The notes below the pieces were generated by a model that was not told the DNA's origin, did no database searches, and was given only the letters and a program-made list of their open reading frames with translations. The position numbers and the translations under genes were made by a program. A stretch of DNA of 64,000 nucleotides, taken from positions 124,001 to 188,000 of IMG/VR virus record IMGVR_UViG_3300033145_003233, one strand, 5' to 3'. How positions within the stretch are numbered: position 1 is the stretch's first letter; every line of letters starts with the position of its first letter. Of this stretch, positions 56,094-64,000 are shown one piece after another.

Positions 56094-56204
56094 TGTACAG
56101 GGTAGGATTTACACCTACATTTTTTCACAACAACGATAAATCACTACTGCAAAACGTCTTAAATAGAAAGGCGAACCAAACTACTTTATTAAGACCACCT
56201 GAAC
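56094..56204 (-). ncRNA. expanded tRNA-like RNA
   Basis: acceptor GTTCAGG/CCTGTAC, T-arm GTAGG-TGTAAAT-CCTAC, 7-bp D-position stem GTCTTAA/TTAAGAC, GU-rich long stem at anticodon position. Confidence 0.55.
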
Positions 56205-56205
56205 A

Positions 56206-56280
56206 TGGCATCGGGGCATGGACTTAAACCATAGCATCCCATCAGTTAAGCTGATGCGCTTTACATGTAAGCTACCCGAT
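56206..56280 (-). pseudogene. degenerate tRNA, apparent TTA anticodon (probably Asn-derived)
   Basis: CATCA-GCTTAAC-TGATG; G73 and CCA encoded; short acceptor 5' strand. Confidence 0.6.
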
Positions 56281-56286
56281 ATAAAA

Positions 56287-56358
56287 TAGTAGAAACTGGA
56301 GTTGAACCAGTATAATCCTTCTTATGAGAAAGGAGCATTCCCGTTATGCTATTCTACC
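56287..56358 (-). tRNA. tRNA-Met/Ile2(CAT)
   Basis: CCTTT-CTCATAA-GAAGG. Confidence 0.82.
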
Positions 56359-57014
56359 TAGAAAAGCCATTTATCAGAATTATCATTTACATATTCCTTT
56401 ATAGAACCAAAAATTTGTTGAGCAATCTGAGTATTTCCGATAGCAATAGAACAAATACCATAAGGATGTTTAATTTTAGAGGTGCTATAATATTTACTTT
56501 TTAAAGTGCATTTTCTTAAACAACTCTTTGGTAATTTTAATTGATTACACCAATAAGTCTGAATCTCTTCTAAAGTTAAACCATTATCAAGATAATATTG
56601 AAAAGTAAGAGCAACATCTTCATTAGCAACCGAAAAATACTTTCTAAGAAAATTAATAAAAAAAGACATCAGCTTAGGATCGCTATTTACTAACCTTACA
56701 TAATTCTTACATTTACTTCCTTCTCCCCAGAATAAAGCACATCCAAAAGCATAATATTGATCTTCTGTCCTAGCTTTTTCTCTTCCCTGTTGTTGATACT
56801 CTCTTCTTTTATTCCTAAAATTCTCAGAATGATTTATATATGCTTTATCTCTAAATTGTAATTTCTTTTTTTGCTTATTTGTAAGGTCAATATCTCTAAC
56901 CCATATACTAACAGAACCTTTAGATACTTTAATTTGTTTTGAAATATTTCTAAGCGACATTCCTTGTTTGCGAAGTTTCCTACATTCTGCTTTTTCTTTA
57001 ATTTTTGCTTTCAT
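56358..57014 (-). CDS. HTH plus LAGLIDADG-like endonuclease
   Basis: N-terminal HTH; YYAFGCALFWGEGSK..NSDP. Confidence 0.72.
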   Translation of the reverse strand: MKAKIKEKAECRKLRKQGMSLRNISKQIKVSKGSVSIWVRDIDLTNKQKKKLQFRDKAYINHSENFRNKRREYQQQGREKARTEDQYYAFGCALFWGEGSKCKNYVRLVNSDPKLMSFFINFLRKYFSVANEDVALTFQYYLDNGLTLEEIQTYWCNQLKLPKSCLRKCTLKSKYYSTSKIKHPYGICSIAIGNTQIAQQIFGSIKEYVNDNSDKWLF

Positions 57015-57372
57015 AATAGAACCCCTTATATATTCAAACTCTTATTAAGCATTCGAAATAAAAGGGTTCATATCCTTTATTTATTTAAAATATATGAAAG
57101 TTGCGTGATATCCCATTTCACTATATTGCTGTGAAATTATTAAAAATTACGGATGTGTTATTGCAAAAAAGCTGGTTTCGGTTTTGATATCGATAACTTT
57201 TTCACTTCAACCCGTATAAATGTCAATTAAACTTTTCATAGGTCAAGTCTATTTTTATTTTAAAGAACCATAAACTACAGTATATAGCATTATACCACAT
57301 CTGCTTTCACTTTCAAGGACTTTTTTATATTTTTCTGAAAAAAGTTATAAACTCTTTTAAAAAAATGACTTA

Positions 57373-57444
57373 TACCCCTACAGAGAGTCGAACTCTGGTC
57401 TTCAGTTAGAGAGACTGATATCCTATCCACTAGACGACAGGGGC
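57373..57444 (-). tRNA. tRNA-Glu(CTC)
   Basis: TCAGT-CTCTCTA-ACTGA. Confidence 0.85.
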
Positions 57445-57450
57445 AAATAA

Positions 57451-57536
57451 CGGAGAGTAATCGAATCGAACGATCAACCAGTAATAGGTTGGGCCAGTTT
57501 TCAAGACTGGGTGGGAACCATTTCCCCCTACACTCC
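57451..57536 (-). tRNA. tRNA-Ser(TGA)
   Basis: CCAGT-CTTGAAA-ACTGG, long variable arm. Confidence 0.85.
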
Positions 57537-57541
57537 ATAAG

Positions 57542-57627
57542 CGGAAAAGACAGGGAACGATCCTGCACTACCCGAAAGTAGGATAGTTTAGCAAACTACT
57601 TGGCACGCCAACCTTGCCAGCTTTTCC
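57542..57627 (-). tRNA. tRNA-Ser(GCT)
   Basis: GTAGT-TTGCTAA-ACTAT, long variable arm. Confidence 0.85.
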
Positions 57628-57691
57628 AAAAATAGGCAAGAGCCGTGTGTAACCCTTTTACTCCCTAACTCTCCTTGTTAGGGAAACCTAA

Positions 57692-57763
57692 CCCCCTCAC
57701 ACGGTTACGATCCGAGTATTTTTGCTCGACAAGCAAATGTGATAGCCAGTTCACTATAAGGGG
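57692..57763 (-). tRNA. tRNA-Asp(GTC)
   Basis: TTTGC-TTGTCGA-GCAAA. Confidence 0.82.
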
Positions 57764-57775
57764 TTAATGAGAACA

Positions 57776-57848
57776 ATATTCAAGGACGAGTCGAACACCC
57801 ATTTCCGGCTTGTTGGCCGGTGCCCTACCATTAGACGACTAAAGTATC
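57776..57848 (-). pseudogene. degenerate tRNA (Val-like)
   Basis: D and T arms recognisable; 6-nt loop CAACAA; broken acceptor stem. Confidence 0.5.
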
Positions 57849-57890
57849 CTCGATATCGTATCTAGAAAAATATATCGGATAGTTCTCAAA

Positions 57891-57965
57891 TGGGCGAGAG
57901 AGGATTTGAACCTCTGACTATTTCCGTGTAAAAGAAACACTCTATCCAGACTGAGTTACACGCCC
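57891..57965 (-). tRNA. tRNA-Val(TAC)
   Basis: TTTCT-TTTACAC-GGAAA. Confidence 0.88.
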
Positions 57966-58086
57966 TAAAAACTATTCGAACTATTATTTTATTTGATATG
58001 AACCATAAAATAATTTTGTATATAAATTAAAGGTTTTTATAAAAATAGTTCGAATATATAATAGAAACATTTATAGGAGAAATATT

Positions 58087-58707
58087 ATGAATAAAGGTCT
58101 TAAAGAAAAAATAATATCATTAAGAATAAAAGGGACTAGTTATCGTCAAATTGCTAAAAAACTAAATTGCTCTAGAGGAACAATTAGCTTACATTGTTCT
58201 AAATTAGAAGAGAATAAAACAATTGAACAATGTAATAGAAAAATGTTGGCTTTTCACCAAAATGAAAGTCTTAATTTTTCAAAAAAAACAATTAGAATCA
58301 TAAAAATACTTTATAATTACGGAATTCAAACTACTGAAATAGCAGATATCCTTAATATAGATATTAGACCAATTAGATCTTTTTGTATAAAACTTCCTAA
58401 AAAAGATTACTCCTTTTTATCAAACTATGAGAAAGTTAAGAGAAGAAGAAAGAAAATTAAAATATTAGGAGTTATCTATAAAGGAGGCAAATGCCAAAAA
58501 TGCGGTTATAATAAATATTTTGAAAATCTAGAATTTCATCATGTAGATCCTAACAAAAAAGAATTTACAATCGCTCAGAAATGTAACCATAGGTGGTTAA
58601 CTATTAAAAAAGAATTAGACAAATGTGTTTGTTTATGTTCAACTTGTCACAGAGAAGAACATATAAAAAAACATATTACAGATATAACACCCATAGATTT
58701 AGAATAG
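58087..58707 (+). CDS. HTH plus HNH endonuclease
   Basis: GGKCQKCGYNK..LEFHH..KCVCLCSTCHREEH. Confidence 0.88.
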   Translation: MNKGLKEKIISLRIKGTSYRQIAKKLNCSRGTISLHCSKLEENKTIEQCNRKMLAFHQNESLNFSKKTIRIIKILYNYGIQTTEIADILNIDIRPIRSFCIKLPKKDYSFLSNYEKVKRRRKKIKILGVIYKGGKCQKCGYNKYFENLEFHHVDPNKKEFTIAQKCNHRWLTIKKELDKCVCLCSTCHREEHIKKHITDITPIDLE

Positions 58708-58775
58708 GATTAATAGGAGTTGAACCTATATACCCGCCTTATCAGGACGGAGCTTTGCCATTAAGCTATAATCCT
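58705..58775 (-). tRNA. tRNA-Ile(GAT)
   Basis: CCGTC-CTGATAA-GGCGG. Confidence 0.88.
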
Positions 58776-58868
58776 AGAAATGGGGAGTAGGCAAACTCCC
58801 CATGGGAATTTACAAAACTTCATTTGTGGCCCTCTTGGACCCCCTATTAACTTTTTATAGATCATAAA

Positions 58869-58967
58869 TCGTAATATCTTACGACTTATATAATATTTCC
58901 TGCTTAAGTCGTAATATCTTACGACTTATATAATATTTCCTGCTTAAGTCGTAATATCTTACGACTT
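58869..58967. repeat. 40-bp tandem repeat (x2.5) containing palindrome AAGTCGTAA-TATC-TTACGACTT
   Basis: three palindromes separated by identical 18-nt linkers. Confidence 0.9.
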
Positions 58968-58969
58968 AG

Positions 58970-59040
58970 CTCCACCACCTAGATTCGAACTAGGACCGAA
59001 GCATTAACAGTGCTCTATGCTACCGTTACACCATGATGGA
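58970..59040 (-). tRNA. tRNA-Asn(GTT)
   Basis: GAGCA-CTGTTAA-TGCTT. Confidence 0.9.
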
Positions 59041-59047
59041 ATTATAT

Positions 59048-59380
59048 TTATTGGTTATAATCTTCTTTGTCATGTAATTCCATATGACATCTACAACATA
59101 ACAAATCACATTTATCTACTTCTTTTTTAAGCCTCTTAAGACTTTTATCATAACTCTTAGCTATTTGTAATTCTTTTTCTTTTTTATCACGATGATGAAA
59201 AGAATAAGCAGCTGGTATACCTTTATTATATCCGCATTCTTGACACTTACCACCCTTGTAAAGAACAAGCTTCCATTTAGTTCTTTTTCGACAATTAATT
59301 ACATTTCTGGATCTTCTTTGCTTTTGATATTCTTCCCACTTTTCTTCTCCCATCTCTGCTCTGCGTTTAGTGATCCTCAT
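59048..59380 (-). CDS. HNH endonuclease
   Basis: GGKCQECGYNK..YSFHH..KCDLLCCRCHMELH. Confidence 0.88.
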   Translation of the reverse strand: MRITKRRAEMGEEKWEEYQKQRRSRNVINCRKRTKWKLVLYKGGKCQECGYNKGIPAAYSFHHRDKKEKELQIAKSYDKSLKRLKKEVDKCDLLCCRCHMELHDKEDYNQ

Positions 59381-59478
59381 TTTTCTCTCCTATATAGATA
59401 ATTTACTATCTATATATTCGATATATAATGATAAACTCCTTTAGTTAACCAATAAATATTTACTTTTTAAAGATCTAA

Positions 59479-59549
59479 CAGCCCCATCAGGGTTCGAACC
59501 TGAGACGCGAGATTCAAAGTCTCGAATGTTACCGCTACACCACAGGGCT
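59479..59549 (-). tRNA. tRNA-Gln(TTG)
   Basis: CGAGA-CTTTGAA-TCTCG. Confidence 0.9.
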
Positions 59550-59703
59550 ATTCGGTGCTACTATCGTCTTTATTCAATTCTTCAAAAAGTTCTTCTACTG
59601 TATCACAAGTAAAAATATCTTTACCAAGATGAGCATCTTCAAAAGCTTGTATTGTCTCAGCATTCGGTACTAAAAATTTTCTTTTTCTTTTTATAGTTCC
59701 CAT
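59548..59703 (-). CDS. RelB/DinJ-like antitoxin C-terminal domain protein (51 aa)
   Basis: PNAETIQAFEDAHLGK..DTVEELFEELN; start trimmed to MGTIK. Confidence 0.65.
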   Translation of the reverse strand: MGTIKRKRKFLVPNAETIQAFEDAHLGKDIFTCDTVEELFEELNKDDSSTE

Positions 59704-59713
59704 ATCTACCAAT

Positions 59714-59743
59714 AAAAAAAGACGACTGAGTTTTTCAGTCGCC
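59714..59743 (-). terminator. intrinsic terminator-like hairpin
   Basis: CGACTGA/TCAGTCG stem then T7. Confidence 0.6.
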
Positions 59744-60336
59744 TTTGAACGAGAAAATATATATTCAAAAGCGACTATCCAGGGCTTCCTACTGTGAGGA
59801 TAAACCAATTATCCATGTAGGATTGGACTGACGGTTCCGCCGTAGCGGCCGATAAATCCTGCCTACATAGATTGCGTCTATGTTTAGTTATGGCTTCTGG
59901 ATATTTGATTGTGATAGTCATCTTCTGGGACTTTCCCTAATAAATAAATAACGAATTACTATATTATATCATATATAGTCGGCATTTCCTTCTTTTTTCT
60001 TTAATCTTTTCAACTTTTTTTTCAATACTTATAAAAGCTGGGTTAACTACCCAAAAAAGCGATACCCTCTTGAGTAGTTAAACCCAGTCGGAGGAGGCTG
60101 TTTAATTTAAAAAGCGGGAAAAAGGAAAACAGGCCCTTTTAGGTTTTGTCGGCAGACATCCTATCTTCCTATTCCCAATCTTCTTCATCAACTCCATATC
60201 AAAACACATTATACCAGAAATCTTTCACTTTTCAACTACTTTATAAAAAAAACATTTGTCTGGAAAAATAAGACTCCTATAGAAGCACATCTCACAAGCC
60301 CGCCAAAGTTTCTGATCCACACTATCCACAGGAGTC

Positions 60337-61263
60337 TTAGTAATTACCAAACAAACATCTACAAATGAAGCTACGCTCACTCGGTGCTACTTCTTCTTCT
60401 ACAAAGCCACTATAGTCAGGAAGGGAGTTATAATAAACCTCCATATCCCTAACAGAGATACCATGAGTGAGACACCATCTATCATCTTCCAAACTATAAT
60501 CTGAAATACACTCTACACCATTATCAGAATGCTCCCAGATACTATAAAACTCTTTACCAGTTCTACCATATCGGTGCTTGATACCTACACCCAAAACAAA
60601 CAAGTTGCCTCTTTGACCCTGTAGATGTTTGAGATTCAGTGCTATATCTACTAAGTGAGGCAAAGAAGTGCCACCCTTAATAGTACCATCCTGGTTTAAT
60701 TGAGAAAGTAGTATCACATGACACTTAACCTCTAAACAAGCATCCCTAAATCCTTTTTTAATACCACCACCCTCTATAATCAAACGGGCTTGTTTCTTAC
60801 TACCTGTCTCAAATTCTTCTATCTCATTGACACTATCAACAATAACTATGCTAGGATTAACATAGTAAATAGCCTCTATCATCTTTCCCAAGGTCTTAGC
60901 ATCACTACAAATAAAACTATCAAGTTGAGAGCCAGAGAGACCAGACGTTTGTTTTACCCAACCAGCAAAGGTTGAAACATCTACCTCATTTTGAAAATAA
61001 AGAACCTTTACGCCTGCTCTAGCATAACTACCTGCCAACTTTATAGCTGCTCTACTTTTACCTACACCACTCTCACCACTCCACAAGCTAATCTTACCTT
61101 GTGGAATTCCCCATTGGTAAGTTATTTGGCGTCTAGCATGAGTAGCATTAAAAGTGCTACAACCATAAATCCAATCTAACTCTTGGAATCCGGTAGGCGC
61201 TCTTAATACAGGTTTAGCCTCAACCTCTGAGATTTTAAAAATATTATCCATTCCTGTCTCCAT
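60337..61263 (-). CDS. RadA/Sms-like RecA-fold ATPase
   Basis: TGFQELD..GESGVGKS (Walker A), IVIVDS (Walker B), IKGGTSLPHLVD, KHRYG; no N-terminal Zn finger or Lon-like domain. Confidence 0.85.
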   Translation of the reverse strand: METGMDNIFKISEVEAKPVLRAPTGFQELDWIYGCSTFNATHARRQITYQWGIPQGKISLWSGESGVGKSRAAIKLAGSYARAGVKVLYFQNEVDVSTFAGWVKQTSGLSGSQLDSFICSDAKTLGKMIEAIYYVNPSIVIVDSVNEIEEFETGSKKQARLIIEGGGIKKGFRDACLEVKCHVILLSQLNQDGTIKGGTSLPHLVDIALNLKHLQGQRGNLFVLGVGIKHRYGRTGKEFYSIWEHSDNGVECISDYSLEDDRWCLTHGISVRDMEVYYNSLPDYSGFVEEEVAPSERSFICRCLFGNY

Positions 61264-61301
61264 TCTATTATATTGAAAGAGTTTTCCAATTGTCTGGAAA
61301 A

Positions 61302-61778
61302 TTATTTCTTATTTCCCGAAAAAAAGACACAAGCATATAAAATACATATTATAGCAGGACTCCAAAATAGACACGCAGGATGAAATATCCTGGGACTTAT
61401 ATATAAACAAGCTGCTGATTTGTCATGCATAGCAAAAACCCTATGATCTGTATGGTATCCATTAAGAGTATCACCACCAGGCCTCCACATCCTACCAGGT
61501 ATAGTAACACTCATCAAGCTCTTTAGATCTACAGAATGACCATCATTATTGTATACCCTATGAACTAATAGATCTGAACCATCTTCTGCTTTTAAAGGAT
61601 TAGGAGTAGCTACCTCCAGAACAAATAATCCCACTACTGCCAAGACAACAGCTATAAAAGAGCCATTAGGAGACCTAGCTGCCAATATAAAGCAGATTAT
61701 TAGATAAACTATGCCTACAGCACAAAAAGCTGATTTTATGCTCCACAAGCTCACTGGGATGTCAATTTCTGCTAACAT
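61302..61778 (-). CDS. membrane protein
   Basis: three hydrophobic helices; stop in repeat. Confidence 0.72.
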   Translation of the reverse strand: MLAEIDIPVSLWSIKSAFCAVGIVYLIICFILAARSPNGSFIAVVLAVVGLFVLEVATPNPLKAEDGSDLLVHRVYNNDGHSVDLKSLMSVTIPGRMWRPGGDTLNGYHTDHRVFAMHDKSAACLYISPRIFHPACLFWSPAIICILYACVFFSGNKK

Positions 61779-61837
61779 ATAGTTTCCTTTCTATATTAGT
61801 ATAGCATAAAATTGATTGTCTGGAAAATTATTCGGTG

Positions 61838-62449
61838 CTATAGGGTGAAATCCCTACCTTTACAGAAATCAGATATAGCCTGCATTATCTTCTTAATCTC
61901 AACCCTATAGGGACCACCAAACCAATAATTCTGAGTTTTTAGCTCAGTGAGTAGTTTTACTATTAATTCACATAGGTCGAATACATTGCTATAGTTCTTC
62001 TGATTCTTATCTGAAAACCTTTCTAGATTCTCATATTGAGTAGTAAGAGTTTTAAGGTCTTCTGTGATCTGCCCTAACTCTCCATCCATTTCTTTTTTCG
62101 CGGAAAGAAAAGTACTGACACTACTCATTTGTTGTTTCTCTTCAGTCCATCCTCTTACCCACCAATTAGAAGAATCTTGAGTTAAAGAACCACTACCATA
62201 AGGATTATCTTTAAGTTGCTTACCATCCATAAAAGCTATCTTACCTTCTGCATAAGCCTCTGACATATTAATATTGTAGAGAATAAGCTCTTCTGTAGAA
62301 GTTACTGTTTCAGATAGTTCTATTTCGGTGTTACAGTTACTACATTTTATACAACATTTACCATCTTCCCTAGACCCTATAAAAAGAGTATCATGGTAAC
62401 ATTTATTACATTTTAGCATTTTATATCCCCTGCTTAATAACATCGTCAC
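61838..62449 (-). CDS. zinc-ribbon/coiled-coil protein with RMF-like motif
   Basis: CNKC/CSNC; YAEGKIA..NPYG..WWVRGW. Confidence 0.65.
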   Translation of the reverse strand: MTMLLSRGYKMLKCNKCYHDTLFIGSREDGKCCIKCSNCNTEIELSETVTSTEELILYNINMSEAYAEGKIAFMDGKQLKDNPYGSGSLTQDSSNWWVRGWTEEKQQMSSVSTFLSAKKEMDGELGQITEDLKTLTTQYENLERFSDKNQKNYSNVFDLCELIVKLLTELKTQNYWFGGPYRVEIKKIMQAISDFCKGRDFTL

Positions 62450-63107
62450 TAGTTATAATAGTACCAATAAACTTATTACTTACATATTTATTACGGTGCT
62501 TGAGAAATTTAAACCGCTTATAATTTCTTATAGGAAAGGCCTTTGCGGTGTTAGAGTATGTAGATAATCTATAGAAGAAGATACCATTAGATATACCTCT
62601 CTTAGATACCCTCTTCATATCTATAGCAGCACCTACCTGCATTAGTTTGTAGGCATAAGGATGTCTCTCTCCTAGCCTTTGAAAGAATATGAAATTCTCT
62701 TGTATCCTACCAATGTGATCCTTACATTTTACAGCATGGTCTCTCTCTGATTTCCCCTTATATTTCTCCCAAGCATTGAAAAAACCTGGTCCCTTGGCTG
62801 GGATGGCAGACATGATTGCTTCTATCTTTTTAAGAACATCAGATAAACTATGCCATTGATTGCCACCTAACAAGAATAGAGATTGTATTTGATAATAGTA
62901 AATACCTTTTCTATAGGGGTTAAAAAATAACCTACCTGATTTTTTCCTAATTCTCTTATCTACTTTTCTAACATCTAATAACCAGCTTGTTCTAGTAGCT
63001 GTTTTCTCTTCCTCTGTCATGTGATATTTTCTTCTCAATACTAATTTTCCATTCTTACTGATGACTTGCTTCCCTGCTTCTTCCGGGTTGTAAATTATAT
63101 CGGACAT
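62421..63107 (-). CDS. basic hypothetical protein
   Basis: 228 aa ORF, AAGGA RBS. Confidence 0.78.
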   Translation of the reverse strand: MSDIIYNPEEAGKQVISKNGKLVLRRKYHMTEEEKTATRTSWLLDVRKVDKRIRKKSGRLFFNPYRKGIYYYQIQSLFLLGGNQWHSLSDVLKKIEAIMSAIPAKGPGFFNAWEKYKGKSERDHAVKCKDHIGRIQENFIFFQRLGERHPYAYKLMQVGAAIDMKRVSKRGISNGIFFYRLSTYSNTAKAFPIRNYKRFKFLKHRNKYVSNKFIGTIITSDDVIKQGI

Positions 63108-63140
63108 ATTTATATTTCCTTTCTAAAGAACCTATTTTTG

Positions 63141-63272
63141 TAGTCTGGAAAGTTATTTGATAGTTTAATTTTCCAGACTATCGATTTTCTATATCATACT
63201 ACTTTCTAACCAACTTGTCAAGCAAAAAACAGTTGTCTGGAAAGTTATTCGATAGTTTAATTTTCCAGACTA
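63141..63272. repeat. two palindromic copies of the CCAGAC repeat
   Basis: TAGTCTGGAAA-N18-TTTCCAGACTA at 63141-63180 and near-identical copy at 63233-63272. Confidence 0.85.
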
Positions 63273-63637
63273 TTAATTTTTAGATTTAAAATCTATTTTT
63301 ATTTCAAGACAAAAAAGATCCAGTTTATCCATTTCTGTCGATAAACCATTTTTTCTTCCTATTCACTACTCTCTAGTTTTTTTAATCTTTCATTTAAATT
63401 TTCAACATTTTTTCTATTAGTTTGAATGTTACGATCTATTGTGTACAACAATACACCTATTACAACTATCAAAGCAATTCCATAAAATTCCAGCATTTTT
63501 CTTTCTCCTATTGATCTTTCAATTCTCTTATTTTCTTTTGTACATCTCTATGTAATTTTCTCATAAGGAAGAGATGACCACTTATAGCCAACACACATAT
63601 CCCAAAGAACACAACAACTAATATTATCTCATCCTTA

Positions 63638-63850
63638 TTAATAATTAACCTCTTTGAAAGTTTCTACTTCTACTCTATCAAAACTATGATCTTGTCCTAC
63701 TATATCAAATCCCTTTGTTACTATAACTTCTGATTTTTCTTGTCCTTCTACCCCTATATCCGTAATCAACCTTTTTGGTATTAAGCATTTTATTATTTTT
63801 CTACTTGATGAAGTTAAACATAGCCATCGTGTTGCTCCCCCTCTATTCAC
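63638..63850 (-). CDS. hypothetical protein
   Basis: ORF near window edge; start uncertain. Confidence 0.5.
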   Translation of the reverse strand: MNRGGATRWLCLTSSSRKIIKCLIPKRLITDIGVEGQEKSEVIVTKGFDIVGQDHSFDRVEVETFKEVNY

Positions 63851-64000
63851 ATGTAAATGATAATAAGCTATATATGATGTCCATCCTCTTTTTGGAGTAT
63901 CGCACCATGTTATCTCTTTTTTGGAAGTATTACCTTCCCTAGGTTTTTGGAGTCTATTTTTTCTTTTATATGGTTTGCCATCATATATAGGTGGAGAGAA

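Larger units (their letters stand above)
31118..63272 (-). promoter_or_regulatory. dispersed repeat TAATTTTCCAGAC-N17-TATAGAWT (about 29 copies)
   Basis: plus-strand GTCTGGAAA at about 31118, 31760, 32570, 33279, 33767, 34326, 34745, 35355, 36192, 36609, 37135, 37813, 38612, 39174, 40152, 40680 (variant), 41749, 42235, 43153, 43883, 44645, 47637, 53437, 53997, 60258, 61292, 61818, 63143, 63235; none seen before 31 kb. Confidence 0.9.

Noticed and set aside
50199-57568. Track ORFs 50199..50393, 50636..50970 (four ORFs), 55772..55954, 56003..56227, 57290..57568
   Set aside because: They overlap tRNA genes and are shadow ORFs.
58869-58967. CRISPR mini-array
   Set aside because: Linkers are identical and only 18 nt; no cas genes.
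31118-61830. CRISPR-like array made of the CCAGAC repeat
   Set aside because: Copies are dispersed at irregular gene-sized intervals and tied to gene starts and stops.
1-64000. Genome-wide stop-codon reassignment
   Set aside because: TAA, TAG and TGA all terminate coupled genes right after the conserved tag; only one isolated in-frame TGA was found.

Overview
AT-rich (roughly 30% GC by eye), gene-dense, almost entirely minus-strand segment of a large (jumbo-like) bacteriophage accessory region. Support for a phage of a bacterial host: bacterial-type tRNAs, Shine-Dalgarno sites, free-standing HNH/LAGLIDADG endonucleases, and no host housekeeping operons. No virion or replicase genes are visible here. 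Four zones: (1) 0.9-10.7 kb, 12 tandem, translationally coupled paralogs of a GT-A (GT2-like) glycosyltransferase with conserved ends and variable centres. (2) 12.5-29.1 kb, about 56 coupled small ORFs, of which 43 carry the same C-terminal peptide [NSDH]-R-[FSA]-[ED]-[ILM]-[LM]-D-[LI], although their bodies belong to many unrelated families. Synonymous codon variation shows the tag is selected as protein. This is the strongest candidate for an undescribed system. (3) 31-47 kb, continuing sparsely to 63 kb, cassette-like genes separated by about 29 copies of TAATTTTCCAGAC-N17-TATAGAWT, whose first triplet is often the upstream stop codon; a WGR-PARP and a macrodomain lie here. (4) 47.7-59.5 kb, 28 canonical tRNAs covering all 20 amino acids, interleaved with homing endonucleases. 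Several non-canonical tRNA-like RNAs also lie here: a circularly permuted tRNA-Arg(ACG), a tRNA-Arg(UCU) with a displaced D-loop, a V-arm tRNA-Lys and two expanded tRNA-like RNAs. All calls are by eye from sequence; no database searches or folding programs were run.
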